From Octopus vulgaris (taxonomy: Eukaryota): a DNA stretch of 64,000 bases. How positions within the stretch are numbered: the first letter of the stretch is position 1; every line of letters begins with the position of its first letter. Under the pieces are notes generated by a model that saw only the letters and a list, made by a program, of their open reading frames with translations, was not told the origin of the DNA and did not search any database. The position numbers were made by a program, and so were the translations under genes. Positions 26,791 through 40,852 of this stretch are shown piece after piece. Where the stretch lies: positions 46,996,001 to 47,060,000 of the forward strand of contig OX597821.1 of NCBI GenBank assembly GCA_951406725.2. The letters are read 5' to 3'.

Positions 26791-28577
26791 AACAAGGTAA
26801 AGTTTGGGTGTTACCGCACGAGTAAAAGTATATACATATACATATGTATATATAAACACGCATACTCATACACATACACACATACATATATTAAACTGGC
26901 TACCGCCCAGCTTCCATCCCCGAAACACAAATCAAGTCGTGTTACCTAATTTAAGCCGATGGAAGAAGGCACTTGATTAAGGTAGCTCACAAGGTGATTG
27001 AACTTAGAGTCACATGGTTGAAGACCAACCTTCTTAACCACAAATCTATGCCTGCGCTACCAACATACTTAATTTACTTTGTACTGTTTAATTGATGAGA
27101 TTCTAATCATCTATAGCCTAACATATTCATAGACTAGTACTTATGTTAAAGAATGAATATATTATTACATGGCTATATCTGATTCTCTTAATCAATACCA
27201 AATCAATAAGAAATCAATACCAAATCCATTGTTTACTTTATTAAATTGTAGAGAAATTATTGAATGTGTTGTATACCAGAATAGATATTTCCATCGACTG
27301 AATGCAAGAGAATAATAATGAGAGGAGTCTATTTAACCAGTTAGATAGTACTAATTGACTAGCGATATAATTCACTGATTAGAAGGTTTACTTGTTAGCC
27401 GCCGTGCCGTTAGCAATTCACGGCTGGCCAAAATTCACAAAGCGTGGTTAAGACGATTTCTAAACGTGACATTGATTTTCGAAGTTTATTTCCAGCCATT
27501 TCCGAAAATAACTGTACTGGTCCGCCAACCATAATGATAAATTTCCTTCTTTCTCTTCGAATCTGGAAACCTGTTATTGTGAATTCTAATAAACGTCTTT
27601 TGGCAAGATTACAATGGGAAATATTACGTAAAGTAAATACTTAAATTTCTTTTACATATGTAATTTCTATTAAATTTCGACGATAGGCTCTCATTGTTTC
27701 TTTAGAATTGATCTGTCGATATAATAAGACTGTTCTTAAAATGTCAAACACCACAAAAATATAGCGATTCACATGATTCGGCGTCACACATAATCCGTTG
27801 CTCGGTTTAACATCATCGCCTAGCCATTAAGTACCTTTAGCAGGGTTCATTTTGTTACAAAGGACACCTACAGTCTTGGTAACAAATCAAGTAACTGGCA
27901 AATTGGATTGGTCACTATTTTCCCATCCATCACGCAACTCCATTTTAACACCCTTCGACTTCTACTTGTTATTCTAAATGAAAACCAGCCCCCGGAGACA
28001 ACGATTTGATAACACCCACAAAATGGAATGTGCCTGCGAGAAAGAGGGTGTGAGAGATCATATTTGAGTATTTCAAAGAGGAATCGAGAGTTGGGCTCAA
28101 CGATGGGGTAACACAGCCATATATATATATATATATATCTATTATGATATGTAGAAAAATACAAACTGAGACAAGAACACATAAGAACTTAGAAGACGAT
28201 ACAACAAACACAGACAGGACATTCGAAGCCCTCAGTCTTTATATATATATATGGCTGTGTGTTAAGAAGCTTGGAGTCAACAAGGAGTACGGTTATACAT
28301 TTATTTTCAATTACTACAATTGTTTCTATGCAACGTAGTTGTCCAGGTATGCAGGTACTTGATTATGCAACTAGTTCCCTGCATTATGAGGTATAGTCGT
28401 GTTTCCTCAGGCGCTATGTAAATATCTCCGTAAGTTGAAATTCTCGGTCCTTCAGCAAAGGACATTCAGTAACAACACACCTTGTTAAACTCAGCGGTTA
28501 CTACTAACTTCAGGCCACGACAGACAGAGAGAGTGGTCTTGAAACCGAGAATCTGAACTTCCAATATTTACATATAT

Positions 28578-28686
<109 letters not shown>

Positions 28687-28780
28687 CTTTATATGTACAT
28701 ATATGTATGTATATATGCATATATTTATATATTATTTATATTATTATATGATCGAACCCCACGCATCATTTTCCAAGTAA

Positions 28781-28898
<118 letters not shown>

Positions 28899-28969
28899 CG
28901 TGTGTGTGTGTGTGTATAGTGAGAGAGAATGAAAGAGATACACACACACACATACACACACATATGCAT

Positions 28970-29380
28970 GATGGTAGCACCAACCTTTAAAGTTTGCCAA
29001 AGGCTTGGTTCCATTACCATCTGTCCTCAACAATAAAATCATACTGGCTTCACATCACAATACGAAGACAGGTATTTCACTTCAATTAACCCTGTTCTTT
29101 TAAAAATCATGTCAAACACATAGCCTTCAAAGGATTCATAACGTTCTCATAACATTCAAAGGATTCCTGGACGAGTATCTCCAAGAAATTCAAGATAAAC
29201 CACCTACACCCGGATATAACTCTACAAACAATAACTCTTTTAACGAATGGACTATGGTACCCAAAGAAAGACTGTTGTATGAAACATCATCAAATGTCTT
29301 TTCTAGGTAGCTGCTATTGAGTTATTCATGGCCTGAGCTATATCTGTTCGTAATTTATTTAACCTAGGTGTCTGAGTAAC
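28970..29380 (+). mobile_element. 3' fragment of a CR1/L2-like LINE
   Basis: Translates to ...FLDEYLQEIQDKPPTPGYNSTNNNS..EW, typical of the CR1-group ORF2 C-terminus; followed by (TATG)n. Confidence 0.5.
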
Positions 29381-29384
29381 TATG

Positions 29385-29418
<34 letters not shown>

Positions 29419-29679
29419 TGTATGTATGTATGTATGTATGTATGTATGTATGTATGTATATATGTATGTATGTATGTATGCATGCATGTATGTAAGTATG
29501 TATGTATGTATGTATGTGTGTATGTATGTATGTATGTATGTATGTATGTATGTATGCATGTCTCTTCTGCATTTAATCATTTAAACTCTTCCTCGGTAGA
29601 AAGAACTGCTTTAGAATGTAGATAACAAAAACAATGTCACATTTTAAACCTGAGAAAAGTATTGCATAGTTTTATCGTC

Positions 29680-31070
29680 CCGTTTACAGATTGTATTTGT
29701 ACTGTGCGAATCGCCTGGTTGGTTTCTTTTCTGAAAATCCAAGCTTATCCAGACTTATAGTTGGGCATTAAAGTACAAAACGAAATGCAACAATTATTAC
29801 TGGTATAAATGTAAATTTGTAATCCGGATATAGAAGCTGGAGATTTCAAAGCAGTTGTCCACAGTTATCTTCTGTCTCTTTGATTTTCAAAGAGATATTC
29901 ACGTCAGTAAGATACTTTTTCTTGTCTGTTCCAAACAACAATATGTTATGCTTACACTTGGCAGATATTTTCGTGAGACTGTTCCGCCAGTGTTCAATAA
30001 CAGGGACTCTCAATATTTACTTTGAGTGGCACTGTATATTGTTTTTGCGACAATGTCGTTTTACATATAGAGGTAGTTTTTTGATGACATTTTTCGGCAG
30101 CTGCAAGTTAAATGTGTGATGTTTTCCACAGAAATTTGACATAATATATTTTTATATTTGTATCCTGGAACTCCAAGGGCTTCAGTCTGTCTTATTGATT
30201 GGGTATTTAGTGGTAGTCTCCTGTTCTTCGATTGAAAATATATAGCACTCGGTGTGTGATGTGATACCCAAGAGAGGCTTCGCTTCATGTTGATGTTACT
30301 ATCTTCAAGTCTACGAGAAACATGCCCTTGCATGGTCATTTGGTTCGGTATGTGTGCGTTTCACCTGCAGGTCTTCTTTGAGATATGCTACTCTAGCTGA
30401 TTTGGGGTTCTATGGGAGATCATCAGGAAGAAAGTATTTCCTAAGGTGCTCACTCCCAATACGTAGGATATTGCTTTCTTCACTTTTCAATACTAATTTA
30501 ATGCATTTCATTTTTGCTACTGTTGTTTATCAAATGTTGTCTGTGAGAGACTATGCGACATTCGAAAGCTGCTTGCACTGATCTCAAGCCCTATCTTCTT
30601 TATCTCAGGTAGAATCTGTTGATATCACGATTTTCGTAGAGATTTCCATTTAATGTTAGAAATTTTGCGGGTTTTAATGTCTAAGGAGTGAATTTCTTTA
30701 ACGGACCAGCCAAGTATCCCAAATGTTGAAATCAGCACTAGTACTGCAAATGCTTTGTGCGATATTGTCTTGAAAGAGGAGAGTTCAGACCATATTTTCC
30801 TTAGTCTGGTCACTCTATCTTTATTCACAGTACCTTGATATATATTTTCATGAATGCCAAGGTACTTGTAACATTCTTTGAGAGGGACAGGAGAGATAGT
30901 GAGACCATTGATGCACAGGTTTTATCTGGGGGACTGATTTTCCTTGTTCAACAATTAAAAAAGAACATTTCTTCAGGCCAATTTCCATTCCTACATTAGT
31001 TGAAAATGTTACTAATTCCTTTTGCAATGTTAACATTTTTAGCATAAATCTTGGTTATTCACAAAGAAAA
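29680..31070 (-). mobile_element. Decayed R4/Dong-like non-LTR retrotransposon (RT C-terminus, zinc knuckle, restriction-like endonuclease)
   Basis: Minus-strand peptides YKYLGI, FGILGWSVKEIHSLDIKTRKI, DINRFYL..GLRSV, MQGHVSRRL, ENITHLTCSC, NLQLLYPDYKFTFIPVII; many stops and frameshifts. Confidence 0.7.
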
Positions 31071-31088
31071 TAAGAGTTACATTAATAC

Positions 31089-31860
31089 AGGTCTGATCAA
31101 TAAGTATCCGGACTGTTGCCATAGTAACGAAGCTAAAGCACGCAAAGTAAAGCCGCTCAGCAGAGATTGACATTTAACTATGCTGTGCATGCACACTAAG
31201 TTTTAACATTCTAGCTCACTTCCACTGTTTATAGCAGTGCTTGGAAGGAAGGTGTGTAGTGTGTGATAGTCGCATTGACCATGACAGAGAAAGTTATCAT
31301 GGTGATACCTGCTCAGAGGCCTACGCAAAGTTGCAGAAAGTGTATGGAGAGGAGTGTTTAAGCCGCACACAAGTGTACAAGTTTCCGACGAACGCTTTGG
31401 GAGACCCGCAACCAACAGAACTGATAAAAACATCGCAGATGTGCGTGCAGCTGTGAGAGGAAATCGCTGAATCATCATTCGTGAGCTATCAGAGGATGTA
31501 CAGGTTACTTACGGTTCAGTCTATTATCACTGAAGATTTGAGTATGAGACACATCTCTGCGAAGTTTGCGCAAAAACTTTTAGCTGAGCAAAAAGATACT
31601 CAGGTTTCAGTTGTACAAGATCTTGATTGTGTCGAGAACGATGAAAACTTTTCGAAAACTTTGTATGGGCCTCTGAGCAGTTGTTGCCAAGCTTTTGGCA
31701 AAATTTGATGCAGATTCTCGGCTCAACTTCCTCCGTCATGGTCAATGTGATGGTCACACGCTACACACGTTCCTTCCAAGAACTGCTATAAACTGCGAAA
31801 GTGAGCCAGAACGTTAAAACTCAGTGAGCTTGCACAGCAGAGTTCAAAGTTAATCCGAAA
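31089..31860. mobile_element. Mariner-derived fold-back element (two 5' ends in inverted orientation)
   Basis: TA|CAGGTCTGATCAATAAGTATCCGGAC TIR-like start. 31195-31290 is the inverted homologue of 31730-31825. Plus strand CSEAYAKLQKVYGEECLSRTQVY; minus strand MTEEVEPRICIKFCQKLG (mariner HTH N-terminus). Confidence 0.8.
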
Positions 31861-32126
31861 ATTTGTGTGCAGTAGCGAAGATTTTCGCTCAAAGCTCCCA
31901 GTTCGTGTTTTAGAGCAAGTAGCTTCCCGTCGAGAGCTATTTTGTCATCATACAGTTTTATTAATTTGATTTATAAGACTTAGCTGATGCAGTTTTAACT
32001 CATTGTTCCTCTTATATTTTATGATCGTGGTTAACCATCCAATACGGTGGCATAGGTTGTTGATATTTTCTTCAAGTTTTTTTTTCCATCTAGGTTGTTC
32101 CGGTTTAGTATTTTCATTACCATGTA

Positions 32127-32503
32127 CACTTGCGTCAGAAATTAATTAGCACTTCTCAAATTTCTACATTAAATAGGTTAAATCAATTAACCTATGAGCT
32201 GTTCAAAACGTCTTACGCGATGAGAAAACTTAGTATGGTGTGATATCGGTCCTTGCGAGGCGCTACCTATATCTATTAAACAAAGGAAGATTTGTCTGCA
32301 TCCGCACTCCAAGTTGTTGCACTGCTATGTCAACATCATAAGGCTGTAGACTCTCAAACTGCTCTGCAAACAAAGTTACGTCATCGTTCTGCGCAACAGT
32401 GAACTCGCAACAAAGCAATAGTTCGAGATATGGCCACTAGGTGACAGCACATACCTTGAGTGAAGAGCAAATCAAGGGTGCTAATTAATTTCTGACGGTA
32501 GTG
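32127..32503. mobile_element. Tc1-type MITE / deletion derivative (377 bp)
   Basis: 26-bp TIRs CACTTGCGTCAGAAATTAATTAGCAC / GTGCTAATTAATTTCTGACGGTAGTG (2 mismatches); TA on both sides. Confidence 0.85.
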
Positions 32504-33633
32504 TATATTGTAGATTTTTCCCTAGATGTTCTTTAAGAGTTATAGCAGCTGTCTATATGAGGGTAATTAGCATCAAATGATTTCATGTGCCCTCCAGTGA
32601 TATCGTCGCTAACTTTCAACATTAGAGCTGTTGGATATTTTCTTAATCTTAAGAATGTCCTATTACATAACGGTAGTTTCGAAGAAGGGCAAAAGTTTTC
32701 TATGAACTGTGGTTTCGGAATATTTCTAAGTTAAATATATTCTACAGTTTTCTCTGCTGACTCAGCAACATTTGGAGAGACATGAGAATTTAGTGATGAC
32801 CGTTGGTTTGTTTTCATTATTTTTGATCTCTCTTCTGGCAGGTGTTGGCCAGTTCTCGATGTTTTGAGAAGGTCGGTTTATATTACGAGAGCAAATATTT
32901 TTTTCTTAAAAAAAAGATGTTTGTTATCAATATTGTTTCGCAGCAAAGGTGCTTAAGCTGAGTTAAGATTCATCCTAGTATTTTTCTAACCGTTTCATAT
33001 ATCCGATAGAAGGGTCTTCACAAGCTTTTTCATAGCATCAGACTAGATCTTGGTTTAGATGCAAAGTTCAAGTATAAAAAGAGGAGTATTTATGTCTTCT
33101 TAGATCGTTTACTGGTGCTGTAGCGCTGTTTTCGTTGGTGGTGGTGTTGCTAGTTTCAGCCATAACCGTGTATGTATGTATGTATGTATGTATGTATGTA
33201 TGTATGGATGGATGGATGGATGGATGGATGGATGGATGGATGGATGGATGCAGGCATGCAATGCATGCATATGCATGCATGTTCTCTCCACGTATCCGTG
33301 TATATATTTAAATGCTAGTCTCTGAAATACCAGTAATATAAAAACGTATATAAAGAGGAAGAAACAAAGAGAGGAAAACGGATTCAGTGTACTGTAGTGT
33401 TTAGTGAAATATGTGTAGAAACTATGAAACACTGGTAATATATTTTACTAAGGTCTCTTGCTTGATATCCCTCCTTCTGACTATTTCTCTCTCGCTCCTT
33501 GATTATAAGTCGCAAAAACCTCCCCCTCCAACTCTCTGCCTCACATTCTCTCCCTCTCTAACTATATTTCCCCTCTCACAAAACCCCTATGATTATCTCC
33601 CATTCTATCCACTCCCCATTCTTTTTACACAGT

Positions 33634-33681
<48 letters not shown>

Positions 33682-34291
33682 CTCTCCTTTATGTTTTCAT
33701 ACCGGTTTTAGTAAGCATACCAAAAACCAATACCAAGGTAGTCAGAAGCAATACAAAGAGAAACACTGTTTTCAGAGACACCACTTATTGTCTACAGAAT
33801 CTACTCTATTAATTCTCTACTATTAGAGAATTGCTGTTGCAGCAATTCTCAATTCTACACATGGAAGCTGGAAAAATAAGCACGTATTGTGTGTTATTAG
33901 CTTGTCAGCGTGGCCATCACAGACACCATGATTTCTCACACGATCAGTATCTTCAGTCTATCAGCTATGAATAATGAAATAAACTTTCAAAGATGCATTC
34001 AACTATTACACTTTGATTAATTTTATGTCACAGTAATAATTGCTTTCTTTTGAATATGCACAGAGGATTTGAAATTTTTTAATGAGACGAGAAATGAAAA
34101 TTTGTGGCGTGCATATTTGTGTTTTACTAACTGCTAAGGATATTGATGTATTTAGTGAAGTTGAAAATACTTCAGACGAGGAGTGAAACTGGGTCGTAAA
34201 AGATAAAGAAAATAATTATTAAAGTCTCTCAGCACACTTGTATGGAAATACTGTATAGAGAGTAGAATGGAGTTATACCTTCTTTTGCTAA

Positions 34292-34703
34292 GGCGGCGAG
34301 CTGGCAGAAACGTTAGCACGCCGGACGAAATGCGTAGCCGTATTTCATCTGCCGTTACGTTCTGAGTTCAAATTCCGCCGAGGTCGACTTTGCCGTTCAT
34401 CCTTTCGGGATCGATAAATTAAGTACCAGTTACGCACTGGGGTCAATGTAATCGACTTAATACGTTTGTCTGTCCTTGTTTGTCTCCTCTGTGTTTAGCC
34501 CCTTGTGGGTAGTAAAGAAAGAGGTATTTCGTCTGTCGTTACGTTGTAAGTTCAAATTCAGCCGAGGTCGACTTTGCCTTTCATCCTTTCGGGGTCGATA
34601 AATAAAGTACCAGTTTCGCACTGGGGTCGGTGTAATCGACTTAATCCCTTTGTCTGTCCTATTTGTCCCCTCTATATTTAGCCCCTTGTGGGCAATAAAG
34701 AAA
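34292..34703 (+). mobile_element. SINE family A: full copy followed in tandem by a 5'-truncated copy
   Basis: tRNA-like head GGCGGCGAGCTGGCAGAAACGTTAGCACGCCG...GAGTTCAAATTCC; central TTCATCCTTTCGGGGTCGATAAA domain; body repeated at 34526-34703. Confidence 0.9.
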
Positions 34704-35528
34704 TATATATATTTTTTTGCTGCTTTGTCTCTCTTTCTCTCTCCTTGTTTTTCTCTCCATCTTTCTCTCCCCCTCTCTCTCCTTCTTTCTCTCCTTTCTC
34801 TCTCTCTCTCTTCTTTCTCTCTCAGAGAATACAATACAAGGTAGAACGCTGATGAAATTCCAACGAGGACAGAAATTCGAACCCTAATCATGAGCACGTT
34901 TAGTGTGGTGCTTTATATTTTCTTTTTGACCACTGCTCTAGAAGGGAGATCAAGCTATTGATTTTTACATTTAATCCAACACCATACATTTGTAAGGATA
35001 GATATAATTGAATTAACCGTCCTAGCACATTATTGACATTTTTTTTCTTTTCTCGAACAATGAGAATCACAGTTTATCCAACGAGATATACAACCACATA
35101 ACAGAATATACTTGGCCAAGCAACTATTTACTTATATCCGTAGGCCAGGAATGCCCGCCCACTGGACGAATGAGAGCAGAAAGGTTTCGTGCACATCTGT
35201 GGCACGTCCATGCCTGTAGAATCTCGAACTGGTTATGCAGTTTCCCTGCCCAGTTTGGGATTTTAAAAAATTATGTTCGGGTACCGGCCGGAAGCTTCTC
35301 TGGTACAGATGAAACATAGTCCCCGAGAAAATCAACGATTTTGCTCGCCACTAATCTATAGAATGCCAACGTAGAACGGGAATACTCGCACACATACATA
35401 CATGCATGCATACAAACATACACACATAGATACACGCAAATATATACCTAGAGAGATATTCACACACACATATGTGTCTATTGTGTATTGTGTATAAACA
35501 GACAGACAGATAAACAGACAGACAGAAT

Positions 35529-35604
<76 letters not shown>

Positions 35605-36158
35605 TTGGTAATATGTGCACACACATACATTGTCGAATACAAGTGGTTAATAGCTTATTTTTTAACAAATGTATTACGTTAGATTGGAACATGATAAGAG
35701 ATTGACAAAAAATTCAGTTTTCTACTAACATTAAAAATGCCTTGACAATAAACATTTTACTTTTGTTAGATTTTGCTCCTGTTGAATAGATGAAAATATC
35801 ATGTGTTTCTTCATGTCAATAGACGAAAATTTGATGCGTATGGTATAGCAATTAACTACACGAATATGTGATATCAATTTAATGATTTTTCCCCCACAAA
35901 CAATGAAATTTTGTTGGCTAACTATATTTAGGTATGTTTATAAATAGCTTTGCTCTTACATTTCCACGCTACTTTTTTTCTTCACTCGTTTAAATAATCA
36001 GCAATGTACAACGATTCCAAAAGCTTCAGTGTCTGATAAAAGATAGAAATCAAGTTAATCCTAATAAATCTTTTCTTACCGCATTTCTGTTTCTCTTTCA
36101 AACATGGTTCCCTTCTCACACTAGCATTAACTCCTCGTCACACACACACACACACACA

Positions 36159-36236
<78 letters not shown>

Positions 36237-36317
36237 GTCAATCTATCCACCCATTTATCAATCTAACTAGCGTTCTCTCTCTTCCTATTTCTTATGTTTC
36301 TATTTTCTTCTTTTATA

Positions 36318-36350
36318 TTGACGAAAGACATTTAGTCCGAAACGTAAGAC
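36318..36350 (+). other. Decayed HHR-like motif in a probable Penelope-like terminal repeat fragment
   Basis: TTGACGAA-AGAC-ATTTA-GTCC-GAAA-CG-TA-AGA; stem I not convincing. Confidence 0.35.
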
Positions 36351-37617
36351 TTTGCTTAACCTTCTTATTCACTCCAATGGGAAAGTAATTCATATCGACT
36401 TTACGTCTCCATTATTCGTTTATATATATAAAATACAGATATGTATACGTGAGCGTTTGTGTGTGTGTGTGTGCATGTATATATGTATATATACACATAG
36501 AGACGATAATTTTCTTCGTTGATACTTTAACAAGTGATCCAACAGCACCTAACGCTGCTACTTATCAAACTACAGCGAACAAACACCTCTGCTATCATTC
36601 CTTTCTAATAGAATTGCCTTTACGATCAAGAAAATATCTGAGAGCAAGTCGCCATTTTAGTTAACGATTTTCTTCTTTTTTATACACACCTCCAGAAACA
36701 TATTTATCGTTGGTTTAGCTTATTAGTAAGGGTATTCTACTATTGATGATGAGCTTTCATTTATTCTCTCTCCACCTAAGATACAGATTACTGTGGTGCC
36801 AGGTATTGATCCAGTTCGATCATAAAGCTATAATTTCAGCCATTACACCCCTCAACTAAGTGTGTAGAAAGAGAACAATTTTGCCGTCGAAATTGCGCTA
36901 TTTGCCGCGGCTATGATCTGCTGTGTTTAACGTGTTTAATAGTAACTCTTTGCTCTTTAAAGACGGTCGACATCTTACTAAATAGTAAATCGCCTGAATC
37001 AAACGATAACGAATATCTAGAAAGAAACAACAAACAAAACTGAAAAGAAAAAATGGAGGAATCTTAGGCATACACAGAGACACACATGCATGCACGCACA
37101 CGCACAAATGTATTCTTAAACATACATGGATATATACACAGGCATTACTCAGCAGACACATAGCATGTTATGTTGATATTGATAAGGGTAAAGGGAGTTG
37201 CCGATCATTTTGATTAGTTCAGAAAGAGAAACGGGGAAGCGAGAGAGGGGAGGGAGAATAGGGATGAAACGAAAGAAAGGGGGGGGGGGGAGAAATAGAG
37301 AAGGAGCGGGAGGGAACTGAGAGAAATAGAGATGAAAATTTATAGTCAGAATTGAGCCAGTACATGATTGAGAGTGAGAGAGAGAAGGAGAAAGAGAGAG
37401 AGAGAGAGAAGGAGAAAGGGAGAGAGAGAGAGAGAGAGAAGGGATAAGAAAAAAGAAAGAAGAGTGGTAAAATATAAAAATTACAAAGGTGGTAGGAAAA
37501 GTACTGTGAAGGGAGGAGGAGGGGGAAGAAAGTGGTGTTAATGAAGGAATATTATACACAATAAGGAACTCTAGACCAACGGATGCAGTAAAATCAAGTG
37601 GAAATTTTAATGTTGAT

Positions 37618-37658
<41 letters not shown>

Positions 37659-37697
37659 ATACTACTACTACTACTAATACTGCTGCTGCTGCTGCTG

Positions 37698-37755
<58 letters not shown>

Positions 37756-37959
37756 AGTAGAACACGTCAGTAACAAAGCCATTTGTGGTATTTAGTTATT
37801 GTGTTCAAATTCCACCGAAGATGACTTTGCAATTCAATCTTCCTGAGATGCATAAAATATGATGATTGCATACATTCTGGTGTCCATATATCCTAGTATT
37901 TCTCCCTCACAAAAAGAGGATGCCTTGCGTCCATCAAAAACATCAATATTATATCCAAA

Positions 37960-38152
37960 TCTTGGCACAAGGTCAGCAGCTTCGGGATAGTGGGTAAGTC
38001 GATTACATCAACCCCACAGCTCAACTGGTACTTATTTTATCGACCCCAAAGGATGAAAGGCAAAGTCAACCACGTCGGAATTTCAACTCAGTACGTAAAG
38101 GCGGGCGAAATGTCGCTAAGCCTGCTGACGATTCTTCCAGCTCACCGCCTAA
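37960..38152 (-). mobile_element. SINE family A copy
   Basis: Plus strand reads GGTACTTATTTTATCGACCCCAAAGGATGAAAGGCAAAGTCAACC...CCAGCTCACCGCCT, the reverse complement of the family A consensus. Confidence 0.8.
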
Positions 38153-38479
38153 TGAAATAAATTGATATTAGTTAAGATTGTTAGTCCTAAATTGCCCGTC
38201 AGTGTCCTCATCGTGGCCATTTAGGACTCTGCATCATGCAACGTTACCCATCTCATTCCTAGAATAGGTGCGATTTGAGTTAGCAGTTGCTTCTATTTCT
38301 TGTACGTCTTCGTACCATTAGTAAGGTGGAAGAAATAGTGAAATTTCAGACCTTTAACATGGAGCTACTTAACTATCAGGTCTTTACAGAACATTTCGGC
38401 TTATATGTAGTCATCGTCGTCGCCATTATCATCATTATCATCATTATCATCATCATCATCTACAACAACAACAACAAAT

Positions 38480-38885
38480 ACCTTACTGTGGTTAAAACGA
38501 ATTATCTTCGGGTATTGCGATATTCCCTTTATGTTCTAAGTTCACGTTTCTCCGAGGTCAACTTAACTTTCATCCTATCAAGGTCGATAAGATAAAGTCC
38601 CAGTCAAGCATTGCAGTTGATAGTATTGATTAATCCTCCCTCTACTCAAAAATTGATGAACTTGAGCCCAGATCAGAAGCAATTTTTGTTAAGGCGGTGA
38701 GATGGGGGAATTGCTAGAGCGTTAAACAATGTTTGTGTCAATGAGTTTCACTCCCTTACGTTCTAAGTTCGAAATCAAGCCCGTCTTTCGTCCCTCCCAG
38801 GTTTATAAAATAATGCATCAATCATGTACTGGCGCCGATGGTATGGCTAACCCTCTCCCTTCAAAATAATTAGCCTTGTGTTTTA
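38480..38885 (+). mobile_element. Two old SINE family A copies in tandem
   Basis: GTTCTAAGTTC and TTTCATCC...GGTCGATAA motifs at ~38530-38600 and ~38760-38810; head AAGGCGGTGAG at 38691. Confidence 0.6.
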
Positions 38886-39185
38886 TTTCTTCTTTTTCTT
38901 TTTCATTTTTCTTCTTATCATTATTGTTACCATTATCCATGTTAGTAATGGCACTTATAGTTGTTGCTGTATTTATAGTCGTGGGAGGCAATGGAATGAC
39001 ATTTTAGTTGCTACAATTATAGATACACTTTATTTATATTAGCAGGGAAAATGTTAACTGCAGAAATAGTTATAGCTGTTGTTGGTGGTAGCGGGATGGT
39101 TGTTGCTATTAATAATAATAAAAATAATAGTAATGATAATTATGATAGTAATAGTAATAAATGCCCTGGTGCAAGTACCAGGTAC

Positions 39186-39680
39186 TGGTTCTCATGGCTT
39201 CTGATCTTAATATTGGAAGTGTTATCATGTACATGTTTTTTCTTGGTGTAAAAGATGGACTACAACAAATATTCTGCTCAATACCACAGATTTGTTTGTC
39301 AGTTGTTTGACCGTAACCATTTGAGCATGTCCTTTAGTGACTGATATGTGCGTCTTTGCTCATGAGCAGAAGTAGTGGGGGAGTATCATAGTCATGTCTC
39401 GAGGGGAATTCTTTGGGGTCTGAATAATTCATCTCTGGATACATGGGTGTTTCGTTCAGTATCCTTAAACAACCCTTATTCAGGGACCGTCTGAGTGGGA
39501 TGGGCTATTCGATCTCTAACTGGGCCCCACCTGCAAGGTCATGCACTGTTTATCTTGATATGAAATCATCATGTGATGCATGTGCTTGTGTACCCTTATC
39601 AGACGGGTAGTCATGATGGATATATTTTACCCCAGTGTTACTTTGATGGCATGCGCTGCTTTCTTACTCAATAATAATGA
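39186..39680 (+). mobile_element. Non-coding ~500-bp retroposon family D ending in (TAA)n
   Basis: Aligns end-to-end with 56439-56975 (CTCATGGCTTCTGATCTTAA...CTTTGATGGCATG...CTCAATAATAAT). Confidence 0.85.
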
Positions 39681-40620
39681 TGATGACGACGACGACGACG
39701 ATGACGGCGATGGTGGTGGTGGTGGTGGTGGTGGTGGTGATGATGATGATGATGTTATTGTTTTCGTTTTTGTTGTGGCTATTGTTGTTCAAACTCAGAG
39801 TAGGTTTGTGGGTGGATGTAAAAAGGAGACCATTGTCACATGCGAGTGCATTATCATATTACCAAATATCTCTTTCAACCTAAATATAATGAGAATGGTT
39901 GCTCTAATAATACGCTTGAGTATATTAAACATAAACAGGGATTCAGAGATGTAAGCCATAAATACAGCAATAAAAGCAAATTGTAAAATTATATCCTACA
40001 ACAACTGATTAGCTATCTATGAAAATTAGATGTTTCATAGTTTCTTTCGTTATGGCTAGATCAGGTTTTGGTTTCTCTCTTTCATATCTAAGATACAGAG
40101 ATCAAAACTATATTACACAGTAGGAGACAAAATTATACCACTTAGAAAATACGCCTTCGTCTTTTTTAGATTTCAATTGTTAACTTTACTAGTCGAGATC
40201 TTATGCTTGATTCAGTAAATTTTCTCCTATTTTCCAAATATATTTAGAACACCGGAATCCATAAATTGTGTTTGATATATGTTTTGGCAATTGATTCAAA
40301 ACATCCCTAGGTTCGCTTTCCAAAATTTCACATCTAATAAAACTGATCGATTTGTCGCTTATTGCTACACATCGTAGCACCCTCTCATCTCCATATTATC
40401 TTCAGTTCCTTGTTTCAGTTTCCAATCCTAACTTGACACACATGCAATGATTTGAATATAAATATAATAAAATATGCCAATGGTATTCAAAAGCCAATAT
40501 ACAATACATCGTTAAACGCTAAATCTTTATTACAATTCAATAAATGTTGATACATATATTCAGAATAGGTTAAAAGGATAGGTGAGAGCAATATATTTAG
40601 AATAAAAGCAGTAAATCACA

Positions 40621-40852
40621 TTTTGTTTTTGGATTTGGTTTGCAAGATTCTTTATATGAGTTGTGTGTTGAAGCATATTCTGTTGTGTCTGGGGAGAGTC
40701 ATTTTCTTTTTGTGCCTTATAATTTAACACACTCACGGGTAAAATTTCCACTTTTTTCTTATCTTTATTGTCCTAAAATTTTCGTTGCGTCTTGCAACCT
40801 TTTCAATAGTCTAAATAATAAGGCACAAAAAGAAAATGACTCTCCCCAGACA
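40621..40852 (-). mobile_element. Miniature Penelope-like insertion: terminal repeat with HHR, 37-bp inverted segment, 12-bp TSD
   Basis: Direct repeat CAGTAAATCACA at 40609-40620 and 40853-40864; perfect IR 40684-40720 / 40818-40854; HHR-like motif on minus strand 40773-40809. Confidence 0.75.
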
